Source: Candidatus Latescibacterota bacterium
GTDB lineage: Bacteria; Latescibacterota; UBA2968; UBA8231
Assembly (NCBI GenBank): GCA_965203175.1
Contig: OZ241867.1
Coordinates: forward strand, 3,776,001-3,840,000
Direction: 5' to 3'
Length of the DNA stretch: 64,000 nt
Shown: piece after piece, positions 18,723 to 28,738 of the stretch
Layout of the letters: every line of letters starts with the position of its first letter
Numbering within the stretch: position 1 is the first letter of the stretch
Program-made: the position numbers and the translations under genes
Notes under the pieces: generated by a model
Database searches by the model: none
What the model saw: only the letters and a program-made list of their open reading frames with translations
What the model was told of the DNA's origin: nothing

Positions 18723-20573
18723 GTGAGACAAGTGCTGATTATAGTCCTGATAGTGTTGGGAATGGGAGTGGGCTATCGGGCCGAGGCGCGCCAATTTTAC
18801 CAACTGGGGGGCCACGCTGGAAACCTTTGGAGTGAAAGCGGCACTCTGAGTTCTATCGATGTGGCAAGAGTGCCGGGTGCCATCCGCCCGTTCAGCGCCG
18901 AAAGCGGTGAGAACCTGATTGCCTCGATGGGCGGGCGAAATGGCGACATTACCAGCTTGGTGAGCATTTACACCCTACCGGCCAATTGGCTAGAAGAGCG
19001 CGTGTTTGTAGTGGATGGCGATTCTAGTACGGCTTTTGTGCATCCGCCGCGCATCAATTTCTTCCGCGGTCCTGGGTTCTTCTATACTACGCCGATGTTC
19101 TTCGACTTGGGGGCACCATTCCCCATCGAAAGGGTTCGTTTTGCAACTCGTGCTGATCATCCGGGGCACAAGATCCGCCAGTTTAGGCTTTCTATCAACG
19201 ACGGCAGGGAAGAGAGCAAAAACGAAAAAGGAAATCTCATCTGGACCTTGGTTCACGACGAGAAGGACAACTTGAGCCCGGTAGTCGAATTGGATATCGA
19301 ACCCCAAATAGCACGCCACGTCTATCTCCATCCCTTGGAAGTGGGGGAGACTTGGGAGGTGGCCGAGTTCGAAGTGTACGGTCAGGGGTTTGTTCCGCAG
19401 GCCTCATTTCTGTCCGACCCGATTGATCTGGGACGAGCATCCAGTTTGGGGCGCATTTGGTGGAACGGCCAACTCGATTTAGGAGCGAAAATAGTCATCC
19501 AGAGCCGCAGCGGCAGCGATGACCAGCCCGAGGTTTACTGGCGCAAGACCGGGGTGGGTGGAGAGGAAGTGCCACTCGGGGCCAATGGCCAGCCCATGAG
19601 CCGCAAAAATTATGAAGCCATGCCCAAGAACGTGCGGGGGAGCATTACTCAGGATCTGGAAAACTGGAGCGTATGGCACACCTATGAGTATGCGGACGGA
19701 CTCGCCGGCATCCAGATTCGCTCTCCGAGTCCCCGGCAGTATGTGCAGTTACACATCGCTTTTTTCTCCGCCAGATTGGCGGGGGGCCAGATTGACTCGC
19801 TGTTTTTTGAATTTTCCCAACCGCCTGTAGTCTCCGAGGCGATTGGCGAAATCTACCCTCCTTTTGTAGAGTCGGCCGATCCGGTGCGGTTCACCTATGC
19901 GGTGCGAACCCGACTGGAGGAGGATCAAGCGGGTTTCAATGTTTTCGAGGTAAGCACGTCCGCCCGTCTGGAGGCTATCCACGAGGTGCGCATCGACCGC
20001 GAGGTGGTCGATTTTACCCCGAGTTTCGATCCGGCAGATCCCCACCAGTTTGCCGTCCAATTTGACCGCATCGACCAAGATCAGACGCTGCTAGAGGTAG
20101 ATTTTGACGCCCGAGTCTTCAACTATGGAACGGCCTTCAACGGTGCCGTGTCGGATGCGGACAGCGACGAAGTGCCTCAGAGCGTGATCCCCGGAGATGC
20201 TGTGAGCGAGTTGTTGAGTGACGCCTTGAACGTCCGCACGCCGCTCAAGGGCAGTCTGCTCAGTGCCGTGCAGGTGGTGCCCAACCCGTTTTCACCCAAT
20301 GGAGACGGCGTCAATGACCAAGTGCAGTTCTCCTATACATTACTGCGTCTGACCGATGCCGTGCCCCTTGAGACGGAAATCTACACGCTGGCGGGAAACC
20401 GAGTGCGCACTTTGGGCGCTGGGGAGGGGGGGAGCGCGCTCTATCAAACTGCTTGGGACGGGCGAGATGACCAAGGCGAATTGGTAGCCCCAGGGCTATA
20501 CATTTATCGCGTCGTGGTAGAAGCGGGCAGTGGCCGGGAGGAACGACTGGGGTCTATCGCTTTGGTGTACTGA
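18723..20573 (+). CDS. Secreted protein, cassette subclass A (discoidin-like plus FlgD-Ig/CHU_C-like C-terminus)
   Basis: AGGAGG RBS, GTG at 18723, signal peptide ending AEA; FDLGAPF, EFEVYGQGF, RSGSDDQP; FSPNGDGVND...WDGRD...ALVY*. Confidence 0.8.
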   Translation: MRQVLIIVLIVLGMGVGYRAEARQFYQLGGHAGNLWSESGTLSSIDVARVPGAIRPFSAESGENLIASMGGRNGDITSLVSIYTLPANWLEERVFVVDGDSSTAFVHPPRINFFRGPGFFYTTPMFFDLGAPFPIERVRFATRADHPGHKIRQFRLSINDGREESKNEKGNLIWTLVHDEKDNLSPVVELDIEPQIARHVYLHPLEVGETWEVAEFEVYGQGFVPQASFLSDPIDLGRASSLGRIWWNGQLDLGAKIVIQSRSGSDDQPEVYWRKTGVGGEEVPLGANGQPMSRKNYEAMPKNVRGSITQDLENWSVWHTYEYADGLAGIQIRSPSPRQYVQLHIAFFSARLAGGQIDSLFFEFSQPPVVSEAIGEIYPPFVESADPVRFTYAVRTRLEEDQAGFNVFEVSTSARLEAIHEVRIDREVVDFTPSFDPADPHQFAVQFDRIDQDQTLLEVDFDARVFNYGTAFNGAVSDADSDEVPQSVIPGDAVSELLSDALNVRTPLKGSLLSAVQVVPNPFSPNGDGVNDQVQFSYTLLRLTDAVPLETEIYTLAGNRVRTLGAGEGGSALYQTAWDGRDDQGELVAPGLYIYRVVVEAGSGREERLGSIALVY

Positions 20574-20582
20574 ATAGAAGAT

Positions 20583-22322
20583 ATGAGACACAGAAAACCA
20601 TGGACTTGGCAAGGATGCGGGTTGGTACTCATGTGGAGTCTCGCGGCGTGTTCGCCGAGTGCGGAGGTCGTCCTTGAACCCGGTGTGGTGGCGCGCATTG
20701 ATTCCACGTCTATCTCGGCTGCCGAAATGCGCGATTTCGTCGTCCAGATGCCCCAGTCCTTGCGCCTTCAGGGACAGGGCGATCCAGTGCGGAAGCGCTA
20801 CCTGCGCAGTCTGCTGGGCAAGTACCTGATCGTACTGGAGGCCAAAGAGCGGGGATTGGACACCGCTCAGGTGGTCCAGACTAAGGCGATGCAGTACTGG
20901 CGTCAGCACTTGGTCGATACCTATCGCCAGATCGCATTGGTGCCCAACGTGCAGGTTTCTGAGGAGGAGGTACGAGACTATTTCGCCCGCAGTGGCCTAG
21001 GCCGCAAGCGCCAGATGGCGGGCATTCTGGTGGAAGAGGACAGCACCGCAAAGCAAATCTATGAGCAACTCAAAGCGGGTGGGGATTTTGCCCAACTGGC
21101 CGCCGAATATACCATAGACGAACGGTCGGCTACCCAAGGGGGCGTGTTGGGATTTATCGATCTGGAGCAGGCCCGCAGGTTGCAGATTCCAGACGAGCTG
21201 TTTCGCAGTCTGCCGAGTGGACAGCTATCCCCGATTCTGCCCATGGGCACGCGCTACCAAATTGTGCGTTTCCTCCAGGATCAGCCCGTTCCGCTAGAGG
21301 AGAAACGACAGCAGATTCGTGCTATGCTCTACGAACGCAAGCGACTAGAGCAGGAAAGGGCGGAAATCGCGTCCCTTACCCGCAAACTGGACGTGCAGCT
21401 AGTGCCAGAGGGATTGGAGCTTCTATTGAATAAAGCGGCGCTCCACACCCGGGTACGCCTCACTCATCTGACCACCGAGGAGGCAGATCAGCCCCTCTTT
21501 ACCTATGAGGCGGGTCAGATCTCTCTGGGGGATTACCTCAATGCCCTGTGGGGGGATATGCGGGCCCTGTCCGGCTGGGGGGTACGGGACAGTGCCGAGG
21601 TGGTTGATACAGCGAAGGAACTGGTCTTGACTCCGGTTTTATTGGCAGAGGCGGCGCAGCGGGCCGGGTTAGAGGAGATGGCGGATGGACAACAGCGATG
21701 GCGGGAAATACGCACAGAATTCATGATTAAACAGTTACGCCAGGAAGAAGTCATTGACCAATCCGAGGCAAGCTTGGAAGAAGCTAGGGATTTTTACGAG
21801 GACAATGAGGATTTGTTCAGGGAACCGGCCCAATACATTGTAGTTGAGGTGCTGGTCGAGACCGAGGCGGAAGCCGTTGGTTTGCTGCGCGCCATCGAAC
21901 AAGGTGCGACTCTGGGAATGCTTGCCCAAAAGCACACCATCCGCCAAGGTATGCAGGAAGAAGATGGCTTGATGCATTTGGGCGAGTACGAGCGGCTGAC
22001 TCTGCCGCGGCTCTTCAAGGCAGTAAAAGCGACCGACCTCAACAAAATCACCGGCCCGGAGCACGTTGAAGGCGGATACAGCATTTTCAAGGTTCTCAAT
22101 CGCCAGGGAGGGGAAGTATCTCCCTTTTTTCAAGTCGAAAAAAAGGCGCGGGCTTTGGTGCGCGGAGAGAAGCGAGAGCAACTGTTCGAGGAATTGATAG
22201 ATGACTTGCTGGACAAGTACAAAGAGCGGATCGCCGTATCTGACAGCGCGTTGGCGGCGGCCCTACCCGATACGTTCCTGCAGCCCCATGCACGGGAAGC
22301 CCCAACCAAGGGCGATAGTTAG
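20583..22322 (+). CDS. SurA/PrsA-like lipoprotein with two parvulin (rotamase) domains
   Basis: Lipobox LAAC; EAKERGLD SurA-N-like helix; DFAQLAAEYTID...GGVLGFI; second domain EVLVETE...LAQKHT. Confidence 0.8.
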   Translation: MRHRKPWTWQGCGLVLMWSLAACSPSAEVVLEPGVVARIDSTSISAAEMRDFVVQMPQSLRLQGQGDPVRKRYLRSLLGKYLIVLEAKERGLDTAQVVQTKAMQYWRQHLVDTYRQIALVPNVQVSEEEVRDYFARSGLGRKRQMAGILVEEDSTAKQIYEQLKAGGDFAQLAAEYTIDERSATQGGVLGFIDLEQARRLQIPDELFRSLPSGQLSPILPMGTRYQIVRFLQDQPVPLEEKRQQIRAMLYERKRLEQERAEIASLTRKLDVQLVPEGLELLLNKAALHTRVRLTHLTTEEADQPLFTYEAGQISLGDYLNALWGDMRALSGWGVRDSAEVVDTAKELVLTPVLLAEAAQRAGLEEMADGQQRWREIRTEFMIKQLRQEEVIDQSEASLEEARDFYEDNEDLFREPAQYIVVEVLVETEAEAVGLLRAIEQGATLGMLAQKHTIRQGMQEEDGLMHLGEYERLTLPRLFKAVKATDLNKITGPEHVEGGYSIFKVLNRQGGEVSPFFQVEKKARALVRGEKREQLFEELIDDLLDKYKERIAVSDSALAAALPDTFLQPHAREAPTKGDS

Positions 22323-22358
22323 GTAGATACGTAGGTACGTCTTTTAGGACAATAGGTT

Positions 22359-25043
22359 ATGGGACACCGTTTACTTGCACAGTACTCGATGATTTTGGAG
22401 ACAGCCGCGAGGAGATCGACGCTCTGTTTTGTAGCCCTTTTTCTCCCGATGGCTATAAACGGGGCATGGGCCCAGTCGAAGGGTTACAGTTTGGGGGCGG
22501 ATCGGGTGGAGGTGCGGACCCAGGCGCATTGGCAGGCTTGGGAGTTTCCGAGCGATATGGTGACCATAACGCCGTCTGGCTCGGTGCAGTCCAGATTCAT
22601 ACAAGTCCCGCACAACGCCATATTGAATGTGGCCGACTTCAGCTATCCCATTGATGGCAACTTGCAAGATCAGTACGCCAATTCGTTCAAGGATGAAGAC
22701 AACAATCTGATGGCGCGCGGCGGCATCAAAAGGGCTGGTTCAAATCCGCAGCTAGCGGAGCGGGCCATTGACGCAGATCCGACTACAGCTTGGGAACCGG
22801 ACTCGGTCGATCCCCTGCGGGACTGGGTGTTGGAGATTGATCTTGGCCGTCTAGTGTCGGCTACCAAGGTCGTTGTGCGCTTTGCCGAAGAAGGGGATCC
22901 GTTTCTGCAATTCAGGGTGCATTCGGCAGGGGGACAAAACCCCTTTGGCACGGCTGACCGCAGCGGTGCCTTGGACTACACTATAGTGGGCAGTACTACC
23001 CAACCCAATCGCGACCAGCGAGTCTTTGAGTTCGACCTCGCACCACTGGGCACCCATACAGAAGAGTGGACCGGTCGCATTATGCAGTACCTGCGCGTCG
23101 CGGCCACGGCCACCAATGGCGAACGGGCGCAACAGCTCTCTGCCGAGGAGTATCAGGCGTTGGCAGCAGAGAATCAAGGCGCGGTGGAATACGTCTGGAA
23201 AATCGCTGACGAAGAGCGTCTAGTAACGGCCGAGCGCTACGATCAGTTGCCACTTGAGCAGCAGGGTGGGGTGCGCTATTACCGCCGCGAACGGCCCCAA
23301 CTCGCCGAGGTGGAGGTGTGGACTATAGGCGAGAACATTGCCTTGGGAATCGTAGAGCGCGGCGGTAATTTACACGATGTCAATCCCAATTCTTCGCCTG
23401 AACTTGCCGTTGACGGCAACGTGCGCACCGAGTGGCAGGGCATGGTTTACTTTCCCACCGGAGAGACCGCTGAGTGGGGCCTGTTGAACGTGAATCTGGG
23501 CTCTCACTTTTTGGTCCATGCCGTGCGCATCATTACCCGCGTCGGAGGCAGAAACCTGATTGGCTATATATTGCGCGGTTCGGACGGCTCGCTGGCACCC
23601 GATGGCAGTTTGATCTGGGAGGAATTGAGTGGTGAGACGCGGCAGTTAAACCAGAATACGCGGCTGTTCGAGGATCACTTCGAGCCGCGCCCAATACGCT
23701 TTCTGGAATTTCGCAACCTAGATATTGCCCGCCGCACTAGGGCCCATGAAGGGCACCGGATACTGAGCACGGTAACCGAAATCCAAGTTTTTGCCAACGG
23801 ACACCTACCGATCCTCGAGATGACTTCCGACCTCATTGATCTGGGAAGTTCCAAGACGCTGACGACCATCGACTGGGAAGCCGACATCCCCTCGGGCACG
23901 GCGGTGGAAGTTCGCACTCGCACGGGAAACGATCTGCGCGAAGTAAACCGCTATTTCAAAAAAGATGGCACGGAAGTAGCCAACAAAGAAGAATACGAGA
24001 AGCAACCGTCTTTCTATCAGGGGGATATCCTTACCGAGTTCCTGCCGGGACCGGGCTGGAGCAACTGGAGTCAAGTCTACGTCAAACCGGGCGAAGTCAT
24101 ACGTTCCCCCAATCCCCGGCGCTATATGATGATCCAGGCGAGACTGCTCAGTGCAGACGCGGCCGAGGCCGCTAGCTTAGAGTCGATCCAAGTCCATTTC
24201 ACAGCGCCGCTAGTGGATCGCATCGCTGGGGAGATAGAGCCCAAGCGAGATGTCCCCAGTGGCGAGCTCACGGATTTCGACCTCTTTATCCGTCCCTCCT
24301 TTGCTGCTCGAGACCCGGGATTCGACCGCATCCGTCTCGTCGCGCCTTCGCGAGCGAATATTGAACTGCGCCAAGTGAGTTTAGGAGACGAAAGCGATTT
24401 TGCCGCCGGAAGTGAGGAAATATTTGCCGAGGTGGAAAAAGGCCGTTTTGAAAATGGAGTGGGGGAGGAACTGGAATTGACTAAGGTGGCAAGTGATACG
24501 CTGCACCTCGGCTTGCCAAGAATACTACGGCGAGGCAGTGCGGATATTGTGCGGATCTCTTTTTCGTCGCGTGTTTTCCTGAGCGGTGCCACTTTTGCAG
24601 CCGAAGTTGGGCGCTCGACGCAAGCAGATAACTGGCAGCGGGTGGACCCAGCGGACCCGGTAGGAGATGAATTAGCCGCTGGTGAGGGGTTGACAGTATT
24701 GACGACTGCCCGCCGCGGGCAGATCGGGACAATCGAGGTAGATCCCGCCACTTTTACCCCCAATGGCGACGGCATCAACGACACGGCTGTCTTTTCGTTT
24801 GCCGTACTCAAAGTCAATGTAGCTAGGCAAGTAGCGGTGTATTTATACGACCTAGCAGGCAGGGAAGTGAGGCACCTTTCTGAGAGGCGCAATATGGCGA
24901 ATGGGCTGTATAGCCTTGCCTGGGACGGACGGGACGAAGGGGGAACGTTAGTGTCTCCGGGCCTTTACCTCGCCCGCATTGAGGTAGATGACGACGCAGG
25001 GGATGACAACTCGGCTGTTCGCCTAGTTGGGGTGGCGTATTGA
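22359..25043 (+). CDS. Secreted protein, cassette subclass B (two discoidin-like domains plus FlgD-Ig/CHU_C-like C-terminus)
   Basis: Signal peptide ending AWA-QS; AIDADPTTAWEP, EIDLGR, LAEVEVW, EVRTRTG; FTPNGDGIND...WDGRD...GVAY*. Confidence 0.8.
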   Translation: MGHRLLAQYSMILETAARRSTLCFVALFLPMAINGAWAQSKGYSLGADRVEVRTQAHWQAWEFPSDMVTITPSGSVQSRFIQVPHNAILNVADFSYPIDGNLQDQYANSFKDEDNNLMARGGIKRAGSNPQLAERAIDADPTTAWEPDSVDPLRDWVLEIDLGRLVSATKVVVRFAEEGDPFLQFRVHSAGGQNPFGTADRSGALDYTIVGSTTQPNRDQRVFEFDLAPLGTHTEEWTGRIMQYLRVAATATNGERAQQLSAEEYQALAAENQGAVEYVWKIADEERLVTAERYDQLPLEQQGGVRYYRRERPQLAEVEVWTIGENIALGIVERGGNLHDVNPNSSPELAVDGNVRTEWQGMVYFPTGETAEWGLLNVNLGSHFLVHAVRIITRVGGRNLIGYILRGSDGSLAPDGSLIWEELSGETRQLNQNTRLFEDHFEPRPIRFLEFRNLDIARRTRAHEGHRILSTVTEIQVFANGHLPILEMTSDLIDLGSSKTLTTIDWEADIPSGTAVEVRTRTGNDLREVNRYFKKDGTEVANKEEYEKQPSFYQGDILTEFLPGPGWSNWSQVYVKPGEVIRSPNPRRYMMIQARLLSADAAEAASLESIQVHFTAPLVDRIAGEIEPKRDVPSGELTDFDLFIRPSFAARDPGFDRIRLVAPSRANIELRQVSLGDESDFAAGSEEIFAEVEKGRFENGVGEELELTKVASDTLHLGLPRILRRGSADIVRISFSSRVFLSGATFAAEVGRSTQADNWQRVDPADPVGDELAAGEGLTVLTTARRGQIGTIEVDPATFTPNGDGINDTAVFSFAVLKVNVARQVAVYLYDLAGREVRHLSERRNMANGLYSLAWDGRDEGGTLVSPGLYLARIEVDDDAGDDNSAVRLVGVAY

Positions 25044-25126
25044 CTTTTGCCATCTGCCACCGGCCGTACAACGGCTAGCGGAAACTTTAAGGCGGACTAA
25101 GCCAATTCCTCGTCCCCACTGCTTCG

Positions 25127-26853
25127 CTACTCGTACAGCTCCACTGCGGTTTCACCTCGGGCAAAGCGCTGCGCCGTTTGCACTGCCGACTGACTACCCG
25201 TATTGCGTCGCACATCCGTAGCCCACCGGGCCAGCCCCACCAGCAACTGCCCCTGCGCAGGATGGTCGGCGCAACGGCTCCACTCTTCGCTGACCGTGCG
25301 CAAGCCGTGCAGCAAATGCCAGCCATTGTCGTCCTTGAGGATGGTTTGGCCCAATTCGCGCAGCAGACAGTCTCCGTCAAAGCCTCGGTGTAAGTACTCG
25401 CGCACCAAGCGGCCTACCTCACGGATCTGGATGGTCTCAATCGCCTCGATCACCTCGGCTAGGGCCTCGTCTTGGCCAGCGGACGCCTCTTCCGGGGCCG
25501 GATGTGCTCTCAGGGGCCGGGGAGCGATGTTGAGCCAGCGGTTTTCGAAGAATTGCCAAGCCGCGTGGTACAGGGCTCGGGCCGCTACTTGGTCGCCGGC
25601 GAAGCGCCGGGCCGTGCGCACGGACGCGGCTAGGAGCATTTCGTGGTTCAAATCGAACCAGCCGGGACTCATATTCACTGGCGTCCGGGCCATGCGGTCG
25701 GCTGCCAGCAACACCATGGTGGAGACCACCTGCTCGATATCGGCTCCCGCTTCCAGCACCCGGGTCACTGCGCCAAAGGTCTCTTCTATGTCGCCGCTGA
25801 CCAAGCCGGCGGCCAACAGATCCGAGTCGAAATCCCCCGAACCGGACGCGTATTGGGCGATCACCGGCTCCACCTCGGCAAGCAAATCTATGGCTTCCCG
25901 ACGGGCCTCTTGCGGGGCCGGCGATTGCGGCCCAGCATTTTGGCGGCCAGATTGCACACCAAGAGTTGGGAGCGGTCCCAGCCGAATTCCTCCAGCAACT
26001 CGGCTAGATAGCCCAAGTGGATCAGCGTTTCGGTCATGCCCAGCAGATAAGGCTCGACTGCGCACTCGTACAACAGCGGCACAATGCGGTCGTCGCAGTC
26101 GTCCAAATGCCGAGCGGTCACTAGGCATTTCTCAATGCCTTCCCAAGTCTTGTCGGCGCTGAAGACGCGGATCCAGCGAGCTAGTTTGTCCCAGTTTACT
26201 GGCTGCGGCAGTGGGTGGATTTGGGGGCGATCTCCGGACCGTCCAGCAGCCCCAGAGGCCGCCATCATGAGTGGGATGAGGCGGTCGGCTGGTTCGTACA
26301 GGCGGGCCACCTTCACGCCGTTGACCAACAGGGCTACATCGCGGCCGCCATCGGGGCCTCGCTCGGTGGCGATAAAGCGGCCCATGTGTTCCATCAGCAG
26401 GTGCAGCGTCTCATCCTCGGAGACCCCTCGGGCCAGCAGAATGGCGATGGCTTTGGACAAGGTCCAGTTGTCGCCGTTGAGCAGTCCTTCCTTCAGGAGG
26501 AGGAAGTGGGCGTCGCCGCGCTTGGAGTTGGCCCCGGCCACATCGATAAATACCTGACCGTCGCGTTCTTCTACCGGATAGGTGTCTAAATCGTCGCAGC
26601 CCCCGGTGAAGCAGCCGCCGCCCCGCATGTCGTAGCTCCAGCCGTGCCAGTCGCAGGTGAGCACGCCATTGCGCACTCGGCCCCGGGTGAGGGGATATCC
26701 CATGTGCGGACATTGGTTGTCTGTGGCGTATAAGGTGCCTTGGTGGCGAAAGAGCGCCACGCTGCGGCCCTCGATCCGCACCGCCTTGGGCCGGCCTTCT
26801 TCTACCTCGTCAGCGCGGGCTACTGGTACAAGAGTAGTCGCTTGTTCGGACAT
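25127..26853 (-). pseudogene. Rieske [2Fe-2S] plus helical-domain protein split by a 1-nt frameshift near 25920 (pseudogene or sequence error)
   Basis: ORFs 25888-26853 and 25127-26128 align end-to-end with the adjacent 576-aa paralog. Adding one base gives 575 aa. Confidence 0.75.
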
Positions 26854-26865
26854 GATTTTTTCTCC

Positions 26866-28596
26866 TTAGTCCTCGAAGATATCTACGGCGGTGTGGCCTT
26901 GGGCAAAGCGCAGAGCCGCACGCGCGGCCGAGCCACTGTCTTTGTTGGTGCGCACATCTGTGGCAAAGCGGGCTAGCCCCACCAGAATCTGCAGCCGGGC
27001 TGGGTGGTCGCTTGTGGCAAAACGCTCCCACTCCGCGAAAACGGTCCCTAGCGTGGGGAGTAGCTGATGGGCTGTGTCGTCCCACAGGATGGCCTGGCCC
27101 ATAGCTTCTACTAGGGGTTCTCCCGGGTGACCGGCTAATCCATAGGCCAAGACGCGGGGGCCTACCTCTTGGACGTTGAGCGTCTGGATGGACTCCACAA
27201 TGGACGCCGGATCCTCTGCGGTCGCCGAGGTAGTCAAAGGCTCACTCAGGGGACGGTAGGGAATGTTGAGCCAGCGGTCGTCGAAGAACTGCCACGCTGC
27301 GTGGACCAGCCCTCGGGCCGCGGCCGCGGGACCTCCGTAGCGCTGCACTGTGCGCAGGGCCGCAGCCAAGTTGAATTCCCGGGTCAGACAAGGCCAGCCC
27401 GCCTCCACGTTCACCGGCACCCGGGCCATGCGGTCGGCCGCCAGCAACAGGCAGGTGTCGATGAGGCGGTCGATACTGACTCCGGCCTCTAGCTGCTGGG
27501 TCAAGGCGCCAAAAGCGGTCTCCAGATCGGCGCTCACCAGGGCCTTGACCAAGCCATCTTCGTCATAGGGGACTTCTGGATCGCCGGCTTGAGCCTGGGC
27601 TAAGACCGGCTCCATGTCGCCCATGAAGGCAATGGCGTCTCTGCGGAAGCGCTCGGGCTCGCCGCGACCCCGACCTACTAGCTTGGCCCCTAAGTTGAAA
27701 ACCAATTCCCCGGCCCGATCCCAGCCGAATTCCTCCTGTACCTGGGCCAAGTGGTCCAGCCAGATAAGGTGGTCGGCAAAGCCGAGAAAATAGGGAGTTG
27801 TCGCACAGTCGAAGAGCAGGGGGAGAATGTTCTCTTGATAGCCCGCGTGGCCAGCGGTGAACAGGCAGCGCTCGATGCGCCCGGCTTGGCCGTCGCGGGA
27901 AAAAGCGCGCACCCAACGGTCAATGGAGGTCCAGTCCACCGGATCGGGCAGGGGGACCACATCCAAGCGCTCGGCTGCTTCCCCGGCTGCGGCCCCGGCC
28001 GCCGTAGTCAGGGCGATTAAGCGGTCCTCGCCTTCGTAGCGCCGCGCCACTTGGAGGCCGGACAACAAGAGTACCACGTCTTGGCCTCCCTCGGCCTCGT
28101 GGGAACTGGCGATGTGGCGGCCTAGGTGGCGCACGACCAACTCCACGATGTCGTCTTGGGGCACGTCGCCGCGCAACAGTAGGGCGATGGCCTTGGATTG
28201 GGTCCAGCGGTCGCAACTCAACAGGCCCTCCCACAAAAGGTTCAGGTGTTCCTCGCGCCGCCGGTAGCTCGGTTCGGGCACTTCGACCCAGATATCGGGC
28301 CCGCGCACCTCCACGGCAAAGGTCTGCAAATCGTCGCACTCGCGGTTGAAACAACCGCCGCCCTGCAAGTCGAAACTGCGGCCGTGCCAGTCGCAGGTGA
28401 GCACTCCGTGCCGCACCACGCCGCGGATCAGCGGATATCCCATGTGGGGGCATTGGTTGTCGGTCGCGTAGATTTTGTCTCCCTCGTTGAACAAAGCAAT
28501 GCTGCGCTCGCGGCCCAATCGCACCGCCCGGGTTTGGCCCGGCGGCACGGATTCGAGCGGAGCGGCGTTTACCCATTGCGTTTTCTGTGCGGACAT
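26866..28596 (-). CDS. Rieske [2Fe-2S] N-terminal domain fused to a large uncharacterised helical domain
   Basis: NQCPHMGYPL...LTCDWHG..FDL Rieske motif; AGGAG RBS. Confidence 0.85.
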   Translation of the reverse strand: MSAQKTQWVNAAPLESVPPGQTRAVRLGRERSIALFNEGDKIYATDNQCPHMGYPLIRGVVRHGVLTCDWHGRSFDLQGGGCFNRECDDLQTFAVEVRGPDIWVEVPEPSYRRREEHLNLLWEGLLSCDRWTQSKAIALLLRGDVPQDDIVELVVRHLGRHIASSHEAEGGQDVVLLLSGLQVARRYEGEDRLIALTTAAGAAAGEAAERLDVVPLPDPVDWTSIDRWVRAFSRDGQAGRIERCLFTAGHAGYQENILPLLFDCATTPYFLGFADHLIWLDHLAQVQEEFGWDRAGELVFNLGAKLVGRGRGEPERFRRDAIAFMGDMEPVLAQAQAGDPEVPYDEDGLVKALVSADLETAFGALTQQLEAGVSIDRLIDTCLLLAADRMARVPVNVEAGWPCLTREFNLAAALRTVQRYGGPAAAARGLVHAAWQFFDDRWLNIPYRPLSEPLTTSATAEDPASIVESIQTLNVQEVGPRVLAYGLAGHPGEPLVEAMGQAILWDDTAHQLLPTLGTVFAEWERFATSDHPARLQILVGLARFATDVRTNKDSGSAARAALRFAQGHTAVDIFED

Positions 28597-28652
28597 GACA
28601 TCTCCTGTATAGGGGCAGATTGGGGATAAGCGTTATTCTTTTTCTGAACAAA

Positions 28653-28681
28653 ATAATACTGAACAAATGTTTAGTTGTCAA
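28653..28681 (-). promoter_or_regulatory. sigma70 promoter of the Rieske pair, with an 18-bp palindromic operator in the spacer
   Basis: Minus-strand TTGACA (28681-28676), 17 bp spacer, TATTAT (28658-28653); ACTGAACA-AA-TGTTTAGT at 28658-28675. Confidence 0.7.
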
Positions 28682-28697
28682 GAGGTAAAACGCAAAG

Positions 28698-28738
28698 AAA
28701 ACAGCCCCCGGAAATTCTCTTCTTCCGAGGGCTGTTTT
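28698..28738. terminator. Terminator-like hairpin
   Basis: AAAACAGCCC.CGGAA...TTCCG.GGGCTGTTTT with A/T tails on both sides. Confidence 0.6.

Noticed and set aside
12870-25043. Flagellar hook-capping (flgD) genes
   Set aside because: Only the C-terminal Ig-like WDGR domain resembles FlgD. The proteins have Sec signal peptides, are 600-1100 aa long, and no flagellar genes are nearby.
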